Below, piece after piece: positions 1 through 14,373 of a DNA stretch of 64,000 nt. Every line of letters starts with the position of its first letter. The first letter of the stretch is position 1. Source of the DNA: Eledone cirrhosa (Eukaryota); assembly GCA_964016885.1 (NCBI GenBank), contig OZ024747.1, positions 85,808,001 to 85,872,000 on the forward strand. Reading direction: 5' to 3'. The position numbers and the translations under genes were made by a program. The notes below the pieces were generated by a model. That model was not told where the DNA came from. It did no database searches and saw only the letters and a program-made list of their open reading frames with translations.

Positions 1-1380
1 GATCGACATTCACCAAGAGAACTCCGCCACCTGGATTTTGTCTCCCAATATTCAACTGATATTCGGCATATCAAGAGATCAGGCAACGTAGCAGCCGACG
101 CCTTGTCCCGAATCCAGCTGAACGCAATACATGTGCATTCAGGCATCGACCTTCAACAGATCGCAGCTGACCAAGAGAATGACGAAGAGTTTATCAAGCT
201 CCGAGATTCTCCATCCCTCAAGTTTCAGCAAGTTCCCATTCCTTCTTCTTCGGGACAAATTTGGTGCGACCTTTCTACCAGTCATGAACAACCGTACGTA
301 CCACAGATGCATCGTCGACAAGTTTGTTCTGCTTTACACTGTTTGTCTCACCCGAGAATCCGGGCTACACAGAAACTCACCTCTGCTCGTTTTGTGTGGA
401 CTAACATTAGCAAGGAGGTGCGCGACTGGTCCAGGAGCTGCATTGCCTGCCAGAAGCCAAAGTCCACAGACACATCAAAACTCCACTCGGCACATTCGCG
501 CAACCTGATGCACGTTTTCATCATGTGCATATCGACATCATTGGACCTCTACCACCATCACAGAACTGCACACACTTGCTCACCTGCATAGATCGATTTT
601 CCCGTTGGCCTGAGGCTAAAACTTTGGGTTTACACTGGGTATCACGTTATGGCGCCCCAGCGAAGATAACGGACAAAGAACGCCAATTTGACTCCCAACT
701 CTTCAGGGAACTGACTCGCCTGTTAGGATGTAAACACATCCGCACGACAGCTTATCACCCGCAAGCTAATGGTCTCGTGGAAAGATTCCATCGGCAATTG
801 AAAACTGCAATAAAAGCGTATCCAGACAGGACCCACTGGTTTGAATACCTGCCACTCATCCTTCTGGGCATTCGATCCACCGTTAAGGAGGAATTCGGAC
901 ACACACCTGTAGAATTAGTGTACGGCACCACCCTGGTTCTACCTGGTCAGATGGTTACTCCCATCTCTCCTCAGGACGTTCCAGACCCAGGATCATATGT
1001 ACACCGTCTTCGACAGTATATGTCTCACCTTGCTCCTGCAAGCGCCCGTCAACAGAACACGGCCACACACGTACCTTAAGACATTAAAGATTGGACACAC
1101 GTTTTCGTTCGAAACGAAACCATCCCAGCTCATCTTCGACCTCCATATTTTGGCCCTTACCGTGTTCTAAAAATATATCCGAAATATTTTATTCTCGACC
1201 AAGATGGTAAACAGAATTCTGTCAGCGTGGACAGATTAAAAAAAGCCATCATGGATACAGTTACAGTCTCTAACCAGAAACTCCAACAGATAGCTGTCCC
1301 AGCAAGCCACCTGTTTCATCTCCAGTCACGAGAAGTGGACGACGTGTCCATTGGCCCGCCAAGTTGGCACAATATGTGAA
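1..1380 (+). pseudogene. Ty3/Gypsy LTR retrotransposon pol 3' part (end of RNase H, integrase), disrupted
   Basis: Frame 1 reads DRHSPRELRHLDFVSQYSTDIRHIKRSGNVAADALSRI (RNase H end). HHCC zinc finger H..SHP...CIACQK; integrase core HIDIIGPLP...[17 protein letters not shown]; after the stop at 1077-1079, PPYFGPYRVLK (GPY/F motif) and TRSGRRVHWP. Contains a frameshift and a stop. Confidence 0.95.
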
Positions 1381-2301
1381 TTACCGTTAACCTCAAGTGA
1401 GTTTCTCAATCATTCTTCTTGCAAAACATTTCTATTTTCCTTGTGTTTACTATTTCCAGTTTCAAATACAATGAACTTTCTGCTTGAACAATTGCAATTT
1501 TTAGTGACCATGTGTTCATGTCACGAAGAACATTATTTATTATGAACATTATCTATTACAAACACTATTTAAGAACAAACATTGTGTATAGCATTGTGTA
1601 TAGCATTTTTTTTCTTCTCTCGCTTGTTTTGCAAAAAATTTTATTTTCCATGTTCTGCAATGTTAATTGTGTAATTGCCATAATTTTTATATACATACAA
1701 GGCGTGTACATATTCTATTTTTCATGCGCACTACACAACAACGTTTGTTTCACCTTTCGTTCATACACTGAGCAATAGATATTTTGCCCCTCTAACTCTT
1801 ACATTAAAAAATGTTTTCTCTTTGATCACGCATATTCACAAATCGCATCCTCAAAACAGTGGCCTTCTTTTTTACGTACTCATTTACTCAATAGCTCGAG
1901 AATGCCTCGCTATTTTTTACCACATGCATTCGCTCAAGTCATATGCTTTGGAGCAAACTGTTACTTTTAAGCAACATGCTTACGGCCATTCATTTCACAC
2001 ATTACGGTTGTTTTCACTGCCCTGTTAGACTTTTTGTCACGCAATTCACAGGCAGCTCAACCCAAATGCAACAGGCTCATTCATCACGCCTGCATAAATC
2101 TGGTCAAAGTCATTTTATAGTTTATTTTACACACATCTTGCCATATCATCTCTACATCAACTCTGTCCTATACTCGATGATCACCAAATTTCACGACGTG
2201 CTGGACACTCCTTGGGCTATTGTCATGACAAATGCACCACTGGCTCATTACTATACGATGTTTCGCTCTTTTGTTGTACAACAGATCTGGCAGGGGGCTA
2301 A

Positions 2302-2400
2302 TGTACAGCCACCGCAAATAACATCTGTGAAATAAACAACTATATCTATTCTCAGATCCGATCAGAAGTTGCGACCAGACCGACTAACCACGTCGCTACA
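2302..2400 (+). mobile_element. 3' LTR (~99 bp) of the Gypsy element, preceded by a polypurine tract
   Basis: PPT ggcaggggg at 2289-2297; termini TGTA...TACA; AATAAA at 2331-2336; followed by TA-rich flank. Confidence 0.7.
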
Positions 2401-2514
2401 TATACATTCATATATATATATATTTTCATTACATCTCTTCTTTCCATGATATCCGGAATACATTGAGTTCTTCATACGGATTGGACACTACCGTAAACTC
2501 TTGGTAGATTTATC

Positions 2515-2588
<74 letters not shown>

Positions 2589-2692
2589 CTGGGTGTAGGA
2601 ATTGTGACGTAGCAATATTTAGCTATTGTTGGTGATGGACGAGGTGATATGACTCAAGGTTAACGACTGGATATTAATTAATCTATATATAG

Positions 2693-2878
2693 AGCGGTGA
2701 ATTGACAGTATCGGTAGAGGGCTGGACGCCATTCTTTCTAGCATAGTTACGTCCCTTTACCGTCTGAGTTTAAATCCCGCCGAGGTTAACTTTGCCTTTC
2801 ATCCTTACGGGGTCGATAAAATAAAGTACCAGTAATGTACTGATAATTGCTGGCCTTGTGCCAAAAGTAGAAACAATT
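2693..2878 (+). mobile_element. tRNA-derived SINE, family A (MetaSINE-like core)
   Basis: A-box-like TGACAGTATCGG, B-box-like GAGTTTAAATCC, core gcctttcatccttacggggtcgataaaataaagtacc, tail agaaacaatt; TSD attaattaatctatata. Confidence 0.9.
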
Positions 2879-3134
2879 AATTAATCTATATACTGAAATA
2901 GTATTTATACAATATATCAGATAAACACATTTATGTTTGCTATAAATTTCATTAAAAGTCATTTACCTCCCTCGTACGTGACTGTAGGTTACTAAACTTT
3001 GGCGGAGATCAACGATCCCTGATAAGTTAATAAGAAATGAAACTATTTGCTTAGATTCTCAAAGCTAGCTGCTGAAGTTCTTGCTGTTTATCGATGTAAT
3101 CACAATTACTGTCTCTCAGCAAGTATAAATGAGT

Positions 3135-3187
3135 GAATTCTGAGGATGACTTTAACAAAAGTCGAAACAAATCGATTGCCAGAGTCA
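3135..3187 (+). ncRNA. Degenerate hammerhead ribozyme motif
   Basis: CTGAGGA-t-GACTTT aaca AAAGTC-GAAA-CAA atcga TTG-CC; stems II and III are intact, but the cleavage triplet is GCC and stem I is poor. Confidence 0.55.
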
Positions 3188-3400
3188 ATCACGCCCTGAG
3201 ACTGAAACTGCTGAGAAACTGTTGCATATATATATATATATATATGAATGTCTATGTATGTGTATACATACACACATATTTGATATATTACCACATGGGT
3301 CTGGTAGAGCAACAATGACAGGATACAGAAGGTGGGTGTCCTACAGAATAAAAAATATGTTGTCAGAGATTGTTAGGAATTTATAAGAGATGTGTGGTGA

Positions 3401-6320
3401 CTTGGTTGTGATGGTTGTGGTGGTGGTGGTGGTGGTGGTTGTGGTGGTGGTGGTGGTGATGGTGGTGGTGGTGGTGGTGGTGGTGGTGGTGGTGGTTGTG
3501 GTGGTGGTGGTGGTGGTGGTGGTGGTGATGGTGGTGGTGGTTGTGGTGGTGGTCGTGGTGGTGGTGGTGGTGGTGGTGGTTGTGGTGGTGGTGATGGTTG
3601 TGGTGGTGGTGGTGGTGGTGATGGTGGTGGTGGTTGTGGTGGTGGTGGTGGTTGTGGTGGTGGTGGTGATGATGGTGGTGGTTGTGGTGGTGGTTGTGGT
3701 GGTGGTGGTGGTGGTGGTGGTGGTGATGGTGGTGGTGGTGGTGGTGGTGGTGGTGGTGGTGGTGGTGGTGATGGTGGTGGTGGTTGTGGTGGTGGTGGTG
3801 GTGGTGGTGGTGGTGGTGGTGATGGTGGTGGTGGTTGTGGTGGTGGTGGCGGTGGTGGTTGTGGTGGTAGTGGTGGTGGTGGTGGTGGTTGTGGTGGTGG
3901 TGGTGGTGGTGGTGATGGTGGTGGTGGTTGTGGTGGTGGTGGTGGTGGTTGTGGTGGTGGTGGTTGTGGTGGTTGTGGTGGTGGTGGTGGTGGTGGTTGT
4001 GGTGGTTGTAGTGGTAGTGGTGGTTGTGGTGGTGGTGATGGTGGTGGTGGTTGTGGTGGTGGTGGTGGTTGTGGTGGTGGTGGTGGTGGTGATGGTGGTG
4101 GTGGTGGTGGTGGTGGTGGTTGTGGTGGTGGTGGTGGTGATGGTGGTTGTGGTGGTGGTGGTGGTGGTGGTTGTGGTGGTGGTGGTGTTGGTTGTTGTTG
4201 TGGTGGTGGTGGTGGTTGTGGTGGTGGTGGTGATGGTGGTTGTGGTGGTGGTGGTGGTGGTGGTGGTGGTTGTGGTGGTGGTGGTGGTGGTGATGGTGGT
4301 GGTGGTGGTGGTGGTGGTGGTTGTGGTGGTGGTGGTGGTGATGGTGGTTGTGGTGGTGGTGGTGGTGGTGGTTGTGGTGGTGGTGGTGTTGGTTGTTGTT
4401 GTGGTGGTGGTGGTGGTTGTGGTGGTGGTGGTGATGGTGGTTGTGGTGGTGGTGGTGGTGGTGGTGGTTGTGGTGGTTGTGGTGGTGGTGGTGGTGGTGG
4501 TTGTGGTGGTGGTGGTGGTGGTGGTGGTTGTGGTGGTGGTTGTGGTGGTTGTGGTGGTGGTGGTGTTGGTTGTTGTTGTGGTGGTGGTGGTGGTTGTGGT
4601 GGTGGTGGTGATGGCGGTTGTGGTGGTGGTGGTGGTGGTGGTTGTGGTGGTGGTGGTGGTGGTGGTGGTGGTGGTTGTGGTGGTGGTGGTGGTGGTGGTT
4701 GTGGTGGTGGTGGTGGTGGTGGTGGTGGTGGTTGTAGTGGTGGTGGTGGTTGTGGTGGTGGTGATGGTGGTGGTGGTTGTGGTGGTGGTGGTGGTTGTGG
4801 TGGTGGTGGTGGGTGGTGTGGTGGTGGTGGGTGGGGGTGGTGGTGTGGGGTGGTTGTGGTGGTTGTGGTGGTGGTGGTGGTGTGGTGGTGGTGGTGTGGT
4901 GGTTGGGTGGTGGTGGGTGGTGGTGGTGGGTGGTGGTGGTGTGGTGGTGGTGGTGGTGGGTGGTGGTAGTGGTGGTGGTTGTGGTGGTGGTGGTGGTTGT
5001 GGTGGTGGGTGGTGGTGATGGTGGTTGTGGTGGTGGGTGTGGGGGTTGTGGTGGTGGTGGTGGTGGTGGTGGTGGGTGGTTGTGGGGGTGGTGGTGGTGG
5101 TGGTGGTGTGGGGGGTGTGGTGGTGGTGGTGGTGGGAGGTGGTGGTGGTTGTGGTGTGGTGTGAGGGTGTGGTGTGGTGGTGGTGGTGGTGGTTGTGGTG
5201 GTGGGGTGGTGGGTGGTGGTGGTGTGGTTGTGGTGGTTGTGTGGTGGTTGTGGTGGTGGTGATTGTGGTGGTTGTGTGTGGTTGTGGTTGTGGTGGTGGT
5301 GGTGGTGGTTGTGGTGGTGGTGGTGTGTGGTTGTGGTGGGGTGGTTGTGGTGGTGTGGTGGTGGTTGTGGTGGTGGTGGGTTGTGGTGACTTGGTTGTAG
5401 ATGGTTGTGGTTGTGGTGGTGGTGGTGGTGGTGGTGGTGGTGGTTGTGGTGGTGGTAGTGGTGGTGGTGGTGGTTGGTTGGTGGTGGTGGTGGTTGTGGT
5501 TGTGGTGGTGGTGGTTGTGGTGGTGGTTGTGGTGGGAGGTGGGGTTATGGTGGTGGTTGTGGTTGGTGTGGTGGTGATGGTGGTGGTGGTTGTGGTGGTT
5601 GTGGTTGTGGTTGTGGTGATGTGGTGGTGGTTGTGGTGGTAGTGGTGGTGGTGGTGGTTGTGGTGGTGGTCTGTGGTGGTTGTGGTGGTGGTGGTGGTTG
5701 TGGTGGTTGTGTGGTGGTGGTGGTGGTCGTTGTGGTGATGTTGGGTGGTTGTGGTGGTGGTTGTGATGGTTGTGGTGGTGGTGGTGGTGGTTGTGGTGGC
5801 TGTTGTGGTGGTTGTGGTGGTGCTGTGGTGGTGGTGGTGGTTGTGGTGGTGGTTGTGGTGGTTGTGGTGGTGGTGGTGGTTGTGGTGGTGGTTGTGGTGG
5901 TTGTGGTGGTGGTTGTGGTGGTGGTTGTGGTGGTTGTGGTGGTGGTGGTTGTGGTGGTTGTAGTGGTGGTTGTGGTGGTGGTGGTGGTGTTTGTGATGGT
6001 TGTGATGGTGGTGGTTGTGGTGGTTGTGGTGGTTGTGGTGGTTGTGGTGGTTGTGGTGGTTGTGGTGGTGGTGATGGTTGTGGTGGTTGTGGTGGTGGTG
6101 GTTGTGGTGGTGGTGGTGGTGATGGTTGTGGTGGTGTTGGTGGTGTTGGTAGTGGAAGCAACATCAGCAACAACCACAGCAAAAACACCAATAATAGCAA
6201 GAATAACTACAACAACAGTCACATCATCACTGCCCTCATCACCATCACCACCATCACCAACACCACCACCATCAACACCACAATCAACATCACCACCACC
6301 ACCAGCAACACTACCACCAT
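3401..6320. repeat. (GGT/GTT)n triplet low-complexity array that switches to (ACC/ATC)n at ~6155
   Basis: Direct reading; source of the poly-V/G/W/H/T/P ORFs. Confidence 0.97.
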
Positions 6321-6512
6321 GGGTGAGGAGAAGAGGGTCATGAGGGCCTGAAGGGGAGGTGAGGCCAATGAGGGTGAGAAGAGGAGGGTGATGAGGGCGA
6401 GAAGGGGAGGGCAATGAGGGATAGGAAATATATCAAAAAATTTGTGGTGGGCGTTTGTAAAAGATATTCTGCAATGTTTGGTTAAGTTTGAGAAATAAAG
6501 ACTGTTGATATT

Positions 6513-9030
6513 GCTGTAGAGGTGGGTAGCACTACCTCCTTTTAATGGTGGTGTTGTTGTAGTGGTGGTTGTAGAGGTGGTGGTGGTGCTGTAGAGGTGG
6601 GTAGCACTACCTCCTTTTAATGGTGGTGTTGTTGTTGTGGTGGTTGTAGAGGTGGTGGTGGTGGTGCTGTAGAGGTAAGTAGCACTACCTCCTTTTAATG
6701 GTGGTGTTGTTGTAGTGGTGGTTGTAGAGGTGGTGGTGGTGCTGTAGAGGTAAGTAGCACTACCTCCTTTTAATGGTGTTGTTGTTGTAGTGGTGGTTGT
6801 AGAGGTGGTGGTGGTGCTGTAGAGGTAAGTAGCACTACCTCCTTTTAATGGTGGTGTTGTTGTAGTGGTGGTTGTAGAGGTGGTGGTGGTGCTGTAGAGG
6901 TAAGTAGCACTACCTCCTTTTAATGGTGTTGTTGTTGTAGTGGTGGTTGTAGAGGTGGTGGTGGTGCTGTAGAGGTAAGTAGCACTACCTCCTTTTAATG
7001 GTGTTGTTGTTGTAGTGGTGGTTGTAGAGGTGGTGGTGGTGCAGTAGAGGTGGGTAGCACTACCTCCTTTTAATGGTGGTGTTGTTGTAGTGGTGGTTGT
7101 AGAGGTGGTGGTGGTGCAGTAGAGGTGGGTAGCACTACCTCCTTTTAATGGTGGTGTTGTTGTAGTGGTGGTTGTAGAGGTGGTGGTGGTGGTGCTGTAG
7201 AGGTAAGTAGCACTACCTCCTTTTAATGGTGTTGTTGTTGTAGTGGTGGTTGTAGAGGTGGTGGTGGTGCAGTAGAGGTGGGTAGCACTACCTCCTTTTA
7301 ATGGTGGTGTTGTTGTAGTGGTGGTTGTAGAGGTGGTGGTGGTGGTGCTGTAGCGGTAAGTAGCACTACCTCCTTTTAATGGTGGTGTTGTTGTAGTGGT
7401 GGTTGTAGAGGTGGTGGTGGTGCTGTAGAGGTAAGTAGCACTACCTCCTTTTAATGGTGGTGTTGTTGTAGTGGTGGTTGTAGAGGTGGTGGTGGTGCAG
7501 TAGAGGTGGTGGTGGTGCTGTAGAGGTAAGTAGCACTACCTCCTTTTAATGGTGGTGTTGTTGTAGTGGTGGTTGTAGAGGTGGTAGTGGTGGTTGTAGA
7601 GGTGGTGGTGGTGCTGTAGAGGTAAGTAGCACTACCTCCTTTTAATGGTGTTGTTGTTGTGGTGGTGGTTGTAGAGGTGGTGGTGGTGCTGTAGAGGTAA
7701 GTAGCACTACCTCCTTTTAATGGTGGTGTTGTTGTAGTGGTGGTTGTAGAGGTGGTGGTGGTGCTGTAGAGGTAAGTAGCACTACCTCCTTTTAATGGTG
7801 TTGTTGTTGTAGTGGTGGTTGTAGAGGTGGTGGTGGTGGTTGTAGAGGTGGTGGTGGTGCTGTAGAGGTAAGTAGCACTACCTCCTTTTAATGGTGTTGT
7901 TGTTGTGGTGGTGGTTGTAGAGGTGGTGGTGGTGCTGTAGAGGTAAGTAGCACTACCTCCTTTTAATGGTGGTGTTGTTGTAGTGGTGGTTGTAGAGGTG
8001 GTGGTGGTGCTGTAGAGGTAAGTAGCACTACCTCCTTTTAATGGTGGTGTTGTTGTAGTGGTGGTTGTAGAGGTGGTGGTGGTGCAGTAGAGGTGGGTAG
8101 CACTACCTCCTTTTAATGGTGTTGTTGTTGTAGTGGTGGTTGTAGAGGTGGTGGTGGTGGTGCTGTAGAGGTAAGTAGCACTACCTCCTTTTAATGGTGG
8201 TGTTGTTGTTGTGGTGGTTGTAGAGGTGGTGGTGGTGCTGTAGAGGTAAGTAGCACAACCTCCTTTTAATGGTGGTGTTGTTGTAGTGGTGGTTGTAGAG
8301 GTGGTGGTGGTGCAGTAGAGGTAAGTAGCACTACCTCCTTTTAATGGTGTTGTTGTTGTTGTGGTGGTTGTAGAGGTGGTGGTGGTGCTGTAGAGGTAAG
8401 TAGCACTACCTCCTTTTAATGGTGGTGTTGTTGTTGTGGTGGTTGTAGAGGTGGTGGTGGTGCTGTAGTGGTAAGTAGCACTACCTCCTTTTAATGGTGT
8501 TGTTGTTGTTGTGGTGGTTGTAGAGGTGGTGGTGGTGCTGTAGAGGTAAGTAGCACTACCTCCTTTTAATGGTGGTGTTGTTGTAGTGGTGGTTGTAGAG
8601 GTGGTGGTGGTGCTGTAGAGGTAAGTAGCACTACCTCCTTTTAATGGTGGTGTTGTTGTAGTGGTGGTTGTAGAGGTGGTGGTGGTGCTGTAGAGGTAAG
8701 TAGCACTACCTCCTTTTAATGGTGTTGTTGTTGTTGTGGTGGTTGTAGAGGTGGTGGTGGTGCTGTAGAGGTAAGTAGTACTACCTCCTTTTAATGGTGG
8801 TGTTGTTGTTGTGGTAGTTGTAGAGGTGGTGGTGGTGGTGTAGAGGTAAGTAGCACTACCTCCTTTTAATGGTGGTGTTGTTGTTGTGGTAGTTGTAGAG
8901 GTGGTGGTGCTGCAGAGGTAACTAGGACTACCTCCTTGTCATGTTGTTGTTGTTGTAGTGGTGGTGGTGGTGGTGGTACTGTAGAGGTAACTAGGACTAC
9001 CGCCTTCTAATGGTGTTGTTGTTGTTGCTG
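6513..9030. repeat. Minisatellite, 33 units, consensus 75 bp
   Basis: Consensus gctgtagaggtaagtagcactacctccttttaatggtggtgttgttgtagtggtggttgtagaggtggtggtggt; unit spacing mostly 75, also 69/72/78/95/96. Confidence 0.97.
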
Positions 9031-11440
<2,410 letters not shown>

Positions 11441-11645
11441 CATAATTGTGCCAAACTCTTATTAAAACATTTAACCACTTAATAAAAAGAAAGAGAAGTT
11501 TCTATCACGAGATTTGTTTGTAATTAATTAAGTATTAATTCATCAGTGCAGGGTGACCTTTGGACTAATTAATGTGATGAAATTATAGTAATTGGATAAT
11601 AATTAATATTTCTATACGGATGAATAACTGTATACTATTTAATTA

Positions 11646-11830
11646 TGGACTGGCAGTATCGGTAGAGGGTCGGACACCATGCTTTGAAGCATAGAGTTAT
11701 GGCCCTTTATCACCTGAGTTCAAATCCCACCGAGGTTAATGTTGCCTGTTATCCTTACGGGGTAGATAAAATAAAGTACCAGTAATGCAATGGGATAATG
11801 GCTGGCCTTGTGCCAAAAGTAGAAACACTT
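11646..11830 (+). mobile_element. SINE family A
   Basis: Matches the family A consensus (A/B boxes, core, tail). Confidence 0.9.
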
Positions 11831-12479
11831 ATTATTTATTTAACATTTAAGGTTATATTTAAGAGATAGCATTATGGTACAATAACTAGGGGCTTTTTAA
11901 GGCCATTGTTCCTGTTAAAGCATGAGTTAGACTTACTAGCCTCGTGGCAGTCTTTCTTCTCATTAGAGAGTCTTTTCCGAGGCAATGTTTTACAACCCAG
12001 TGCTCTTCCTGACACTAATCCTTTTAGTCTCTTCTTACACCATGAAGGGATATATTGAGACTATTCTCAACTGGATTCTTTGTCCATGAGTCCGTAATTC
12101 CTTATAGAGCCGTAGTGACATACAGCGTGTGTTCAGCATTTAAACCTGGCGGGACCCATCCAACCCCAGCCAATTTCTTCCAGGGGAGGAGGAGGAATAC
12201 GAGGGTGCAGATAGCATCGACCACAGTACTAAACCTGTACGTTATTTGTCGACATAGAAAGGATGAAAAGCAAAGTTGACCTGGACAGAGTGTAGGGCGG
12301 CAGAACAAATAGCGCGAAGTATTCTATCCAATATTTTAACGACTCTGCTAATTCGCGGTCTTCTAAACGGGAAACACGACAAAACAGCGACACAAAGTCG
12401 TCTGTATAAACTATAGAAAAGAGATACAGCCACCAATTGGTTCTCCTTTGTCAACTGACGGCTTCTATGATGTGTATAT

Positions 12480-12670
12480 AATTGTTTCTACTTTTGGCAC
12501 AAGGCCAGCAATTATCCCAGTGTATTACTGGTACTTTATTTTATCGACCCCATAAGGATGAAAGGCAAAGTTAACCTCGGCGGGATTTGAACTCAGACCA
12601 TAAAGGGCCGTAACTCTTTGCTGCAAAGCAGGGCGTTCGACCCTCTACCGATCCTGCCAATCCACCGCCC
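12480..12670 (-). mobile_element. SINE family A, full length
   Basis: Reverse complement of the consensus; TSD tgatgtg(t/a)atataa. Confidence 0.92.
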
Positions 12671-13092
12671 TGATGTGAATATAATGTGCATAAACAATGT
12701 ATATATGTAACGATTTTAGCTGCTATTCCTAGAATATCAAGCGACTCTGTGGCGGTTAGGATTAGTCAACTTTTACCTCCCACAAAATGTGCGACATCGT
12801 GCCAAAGTTAGAATGCTCAAGCCCTCATTAGCAATTACAAGTTTCACCTGAACAGGAAAAGTGTGTGGAGAGGGGACGTGCTGCCTTCCAACAAATTTGT
12901 TGGGAAATGGATGAGAGTGGTAAGCAAGGTCCGAGTAAATAGGTTTACTCTAAATATGAACCCGTAGCTTGAAGGAGGACAACTGATAATTGTCTTTGTT
13001 TTTACATGTTTCCATATAAACACACAGTATCGTCCGGTACCGCCCTTCATGATTTTTGTTTGGTTAACAAATAAATGATTATTGTTTTTAAA

Positions 13093-13308
13093 GGTGGATT
13101 GGCAGTATCGGTAGACAGTCGGACGCCATGCTTTGCAGCATAGAGTTACGACCCTTTATGATCTGAGATCAAATCCCACCGAGGTTAACTTTGCCTTTCA
13201 TCCTTACGGGGTCGATAAAATAAAGTACCAGTCACGCACTGGGGTAAATTTAATCGACTTTCCCCTCCTCCAAAATTGCTGGCCTTCTGCCTATATAAGA
13301 AACCAATA
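13093..13308 (+). mobile_element. SINE family A, long subtype
   Basis: Consensus plus an extra ~30-nt segment (ggtaaatttaatcgactttcccctcctccaaa) before the tail. Confidence 0.88.
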
Positions 13309-13329
13309 TTATTGAAATTTTCACGCAGC

Positions 13330-14290
13330 TGTCTACAACAAGTAAACTAAGGTAACACGTGCTTGTCAGTTGACCAAAACTCTACGAAAGATTCGCGCAG
13401 TTCCAAGTAAGGCTGTTTCTTTTAGAGAAGCTTAATTTTCACTGACACCAATGTGCTCCAGCCAGCATTTAAGGTTTAAACTTGTCGTCCCCAAAGGTCC
13501 AGTAACCAACGGAACAACAATTGCCCACTTCAGTGTCCATAACCTTTATATCAACCATTTCAAATTATTGTACCGGTGAAGTTTCTTTCGTGTTCTGCAA
13601 CTCTTTTATCACTTGGGTACGCTATGTCAATGATAAAGCAAGTTTTTTTCTGCTTTATCTATCAGCACTATATCAGACTTTCGGTGTTCAATTTTGAGGT
13701 CACATTGAATCATTACACCTTAGAGAATCTTGGCATTTTCATTTTATATCACTCCTTCCGTGTTTGTGCATATCAAGCCTTTGTTATTTCCAGTTCATAT
13801 TGCCACAATAATTAGTGAATCATTCTCGCTACATTATCGTGCCTCCCTTTCTATTCTTTCTGTGCTAGATTTGTACATTCGTTCACCAAATGCCATACAG
13901 TTTCGTCCTTATCTCCCCATTATCTCCACATTATCACATTAGTCAATAGTGTATTTCATATAGTTTGTGCATTGTGCTTTTTTCTGCGCAGCATATATCA
14001 ATGTTTCAGTATCAGATTTCAAAGCACACACCTTGAGCCATTGCTATCTACCATTAATACCTGTCTTTCTAAACATCTATCATACAAACTGCCCATACAG
14101 TTTCTTTTTATTTCAGTCTCTGGGGACACCTTTTCTTTGTATTCCTCTTTTTCCGTACAATCGTCTGTTTTAACTGCATTAGCTAACCTTACTTGTACCA
14201 GTAAACGTTTGATGGCATCTTTAATTGCCAACCAAGAGCATTCTACTCTGAGGAAATACAACTCTTACTGTTGATAACCGATCAGTGTCA
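13330..14290 (-). pseudogene. 3' fragment of a restriction-like-endonuclease (R4/Dong-type) non-LTR retrotransposon
   Basis: Minus strand reads ETVWHLVNECTNLAQKE*KGRHDNVARMIH (zinc knuckle end, RHD), KSDIVLIDK...IIDIAYP (PD..D) and IVVPLVTGPLG; many stops. Confidence 0.85.
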
Positions 14291-14373
14291 CCATCGAAGC
14301 CGTCAATCCTCATTGCCAAGGTCTTTGTAAGGGGTCGTGTTTCTGCTCCATAGAGGAGAACGGATAAGACAGA

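Noticed and set aside
3381-6414. Long His/Pro/Thr/Val/Gly ORFs (939 aa, 542 aa etc.)
   Set aside because: Stop-free translations of (GGT)n, open in several frames on both strands.
6513-9030. CRISPR-like array (palindromic constant part plus variable part)
   Set aside because: The 'spacers' are near-identical GGT/GTT sequence, there are no cas genes, and the context is eukaryotic.
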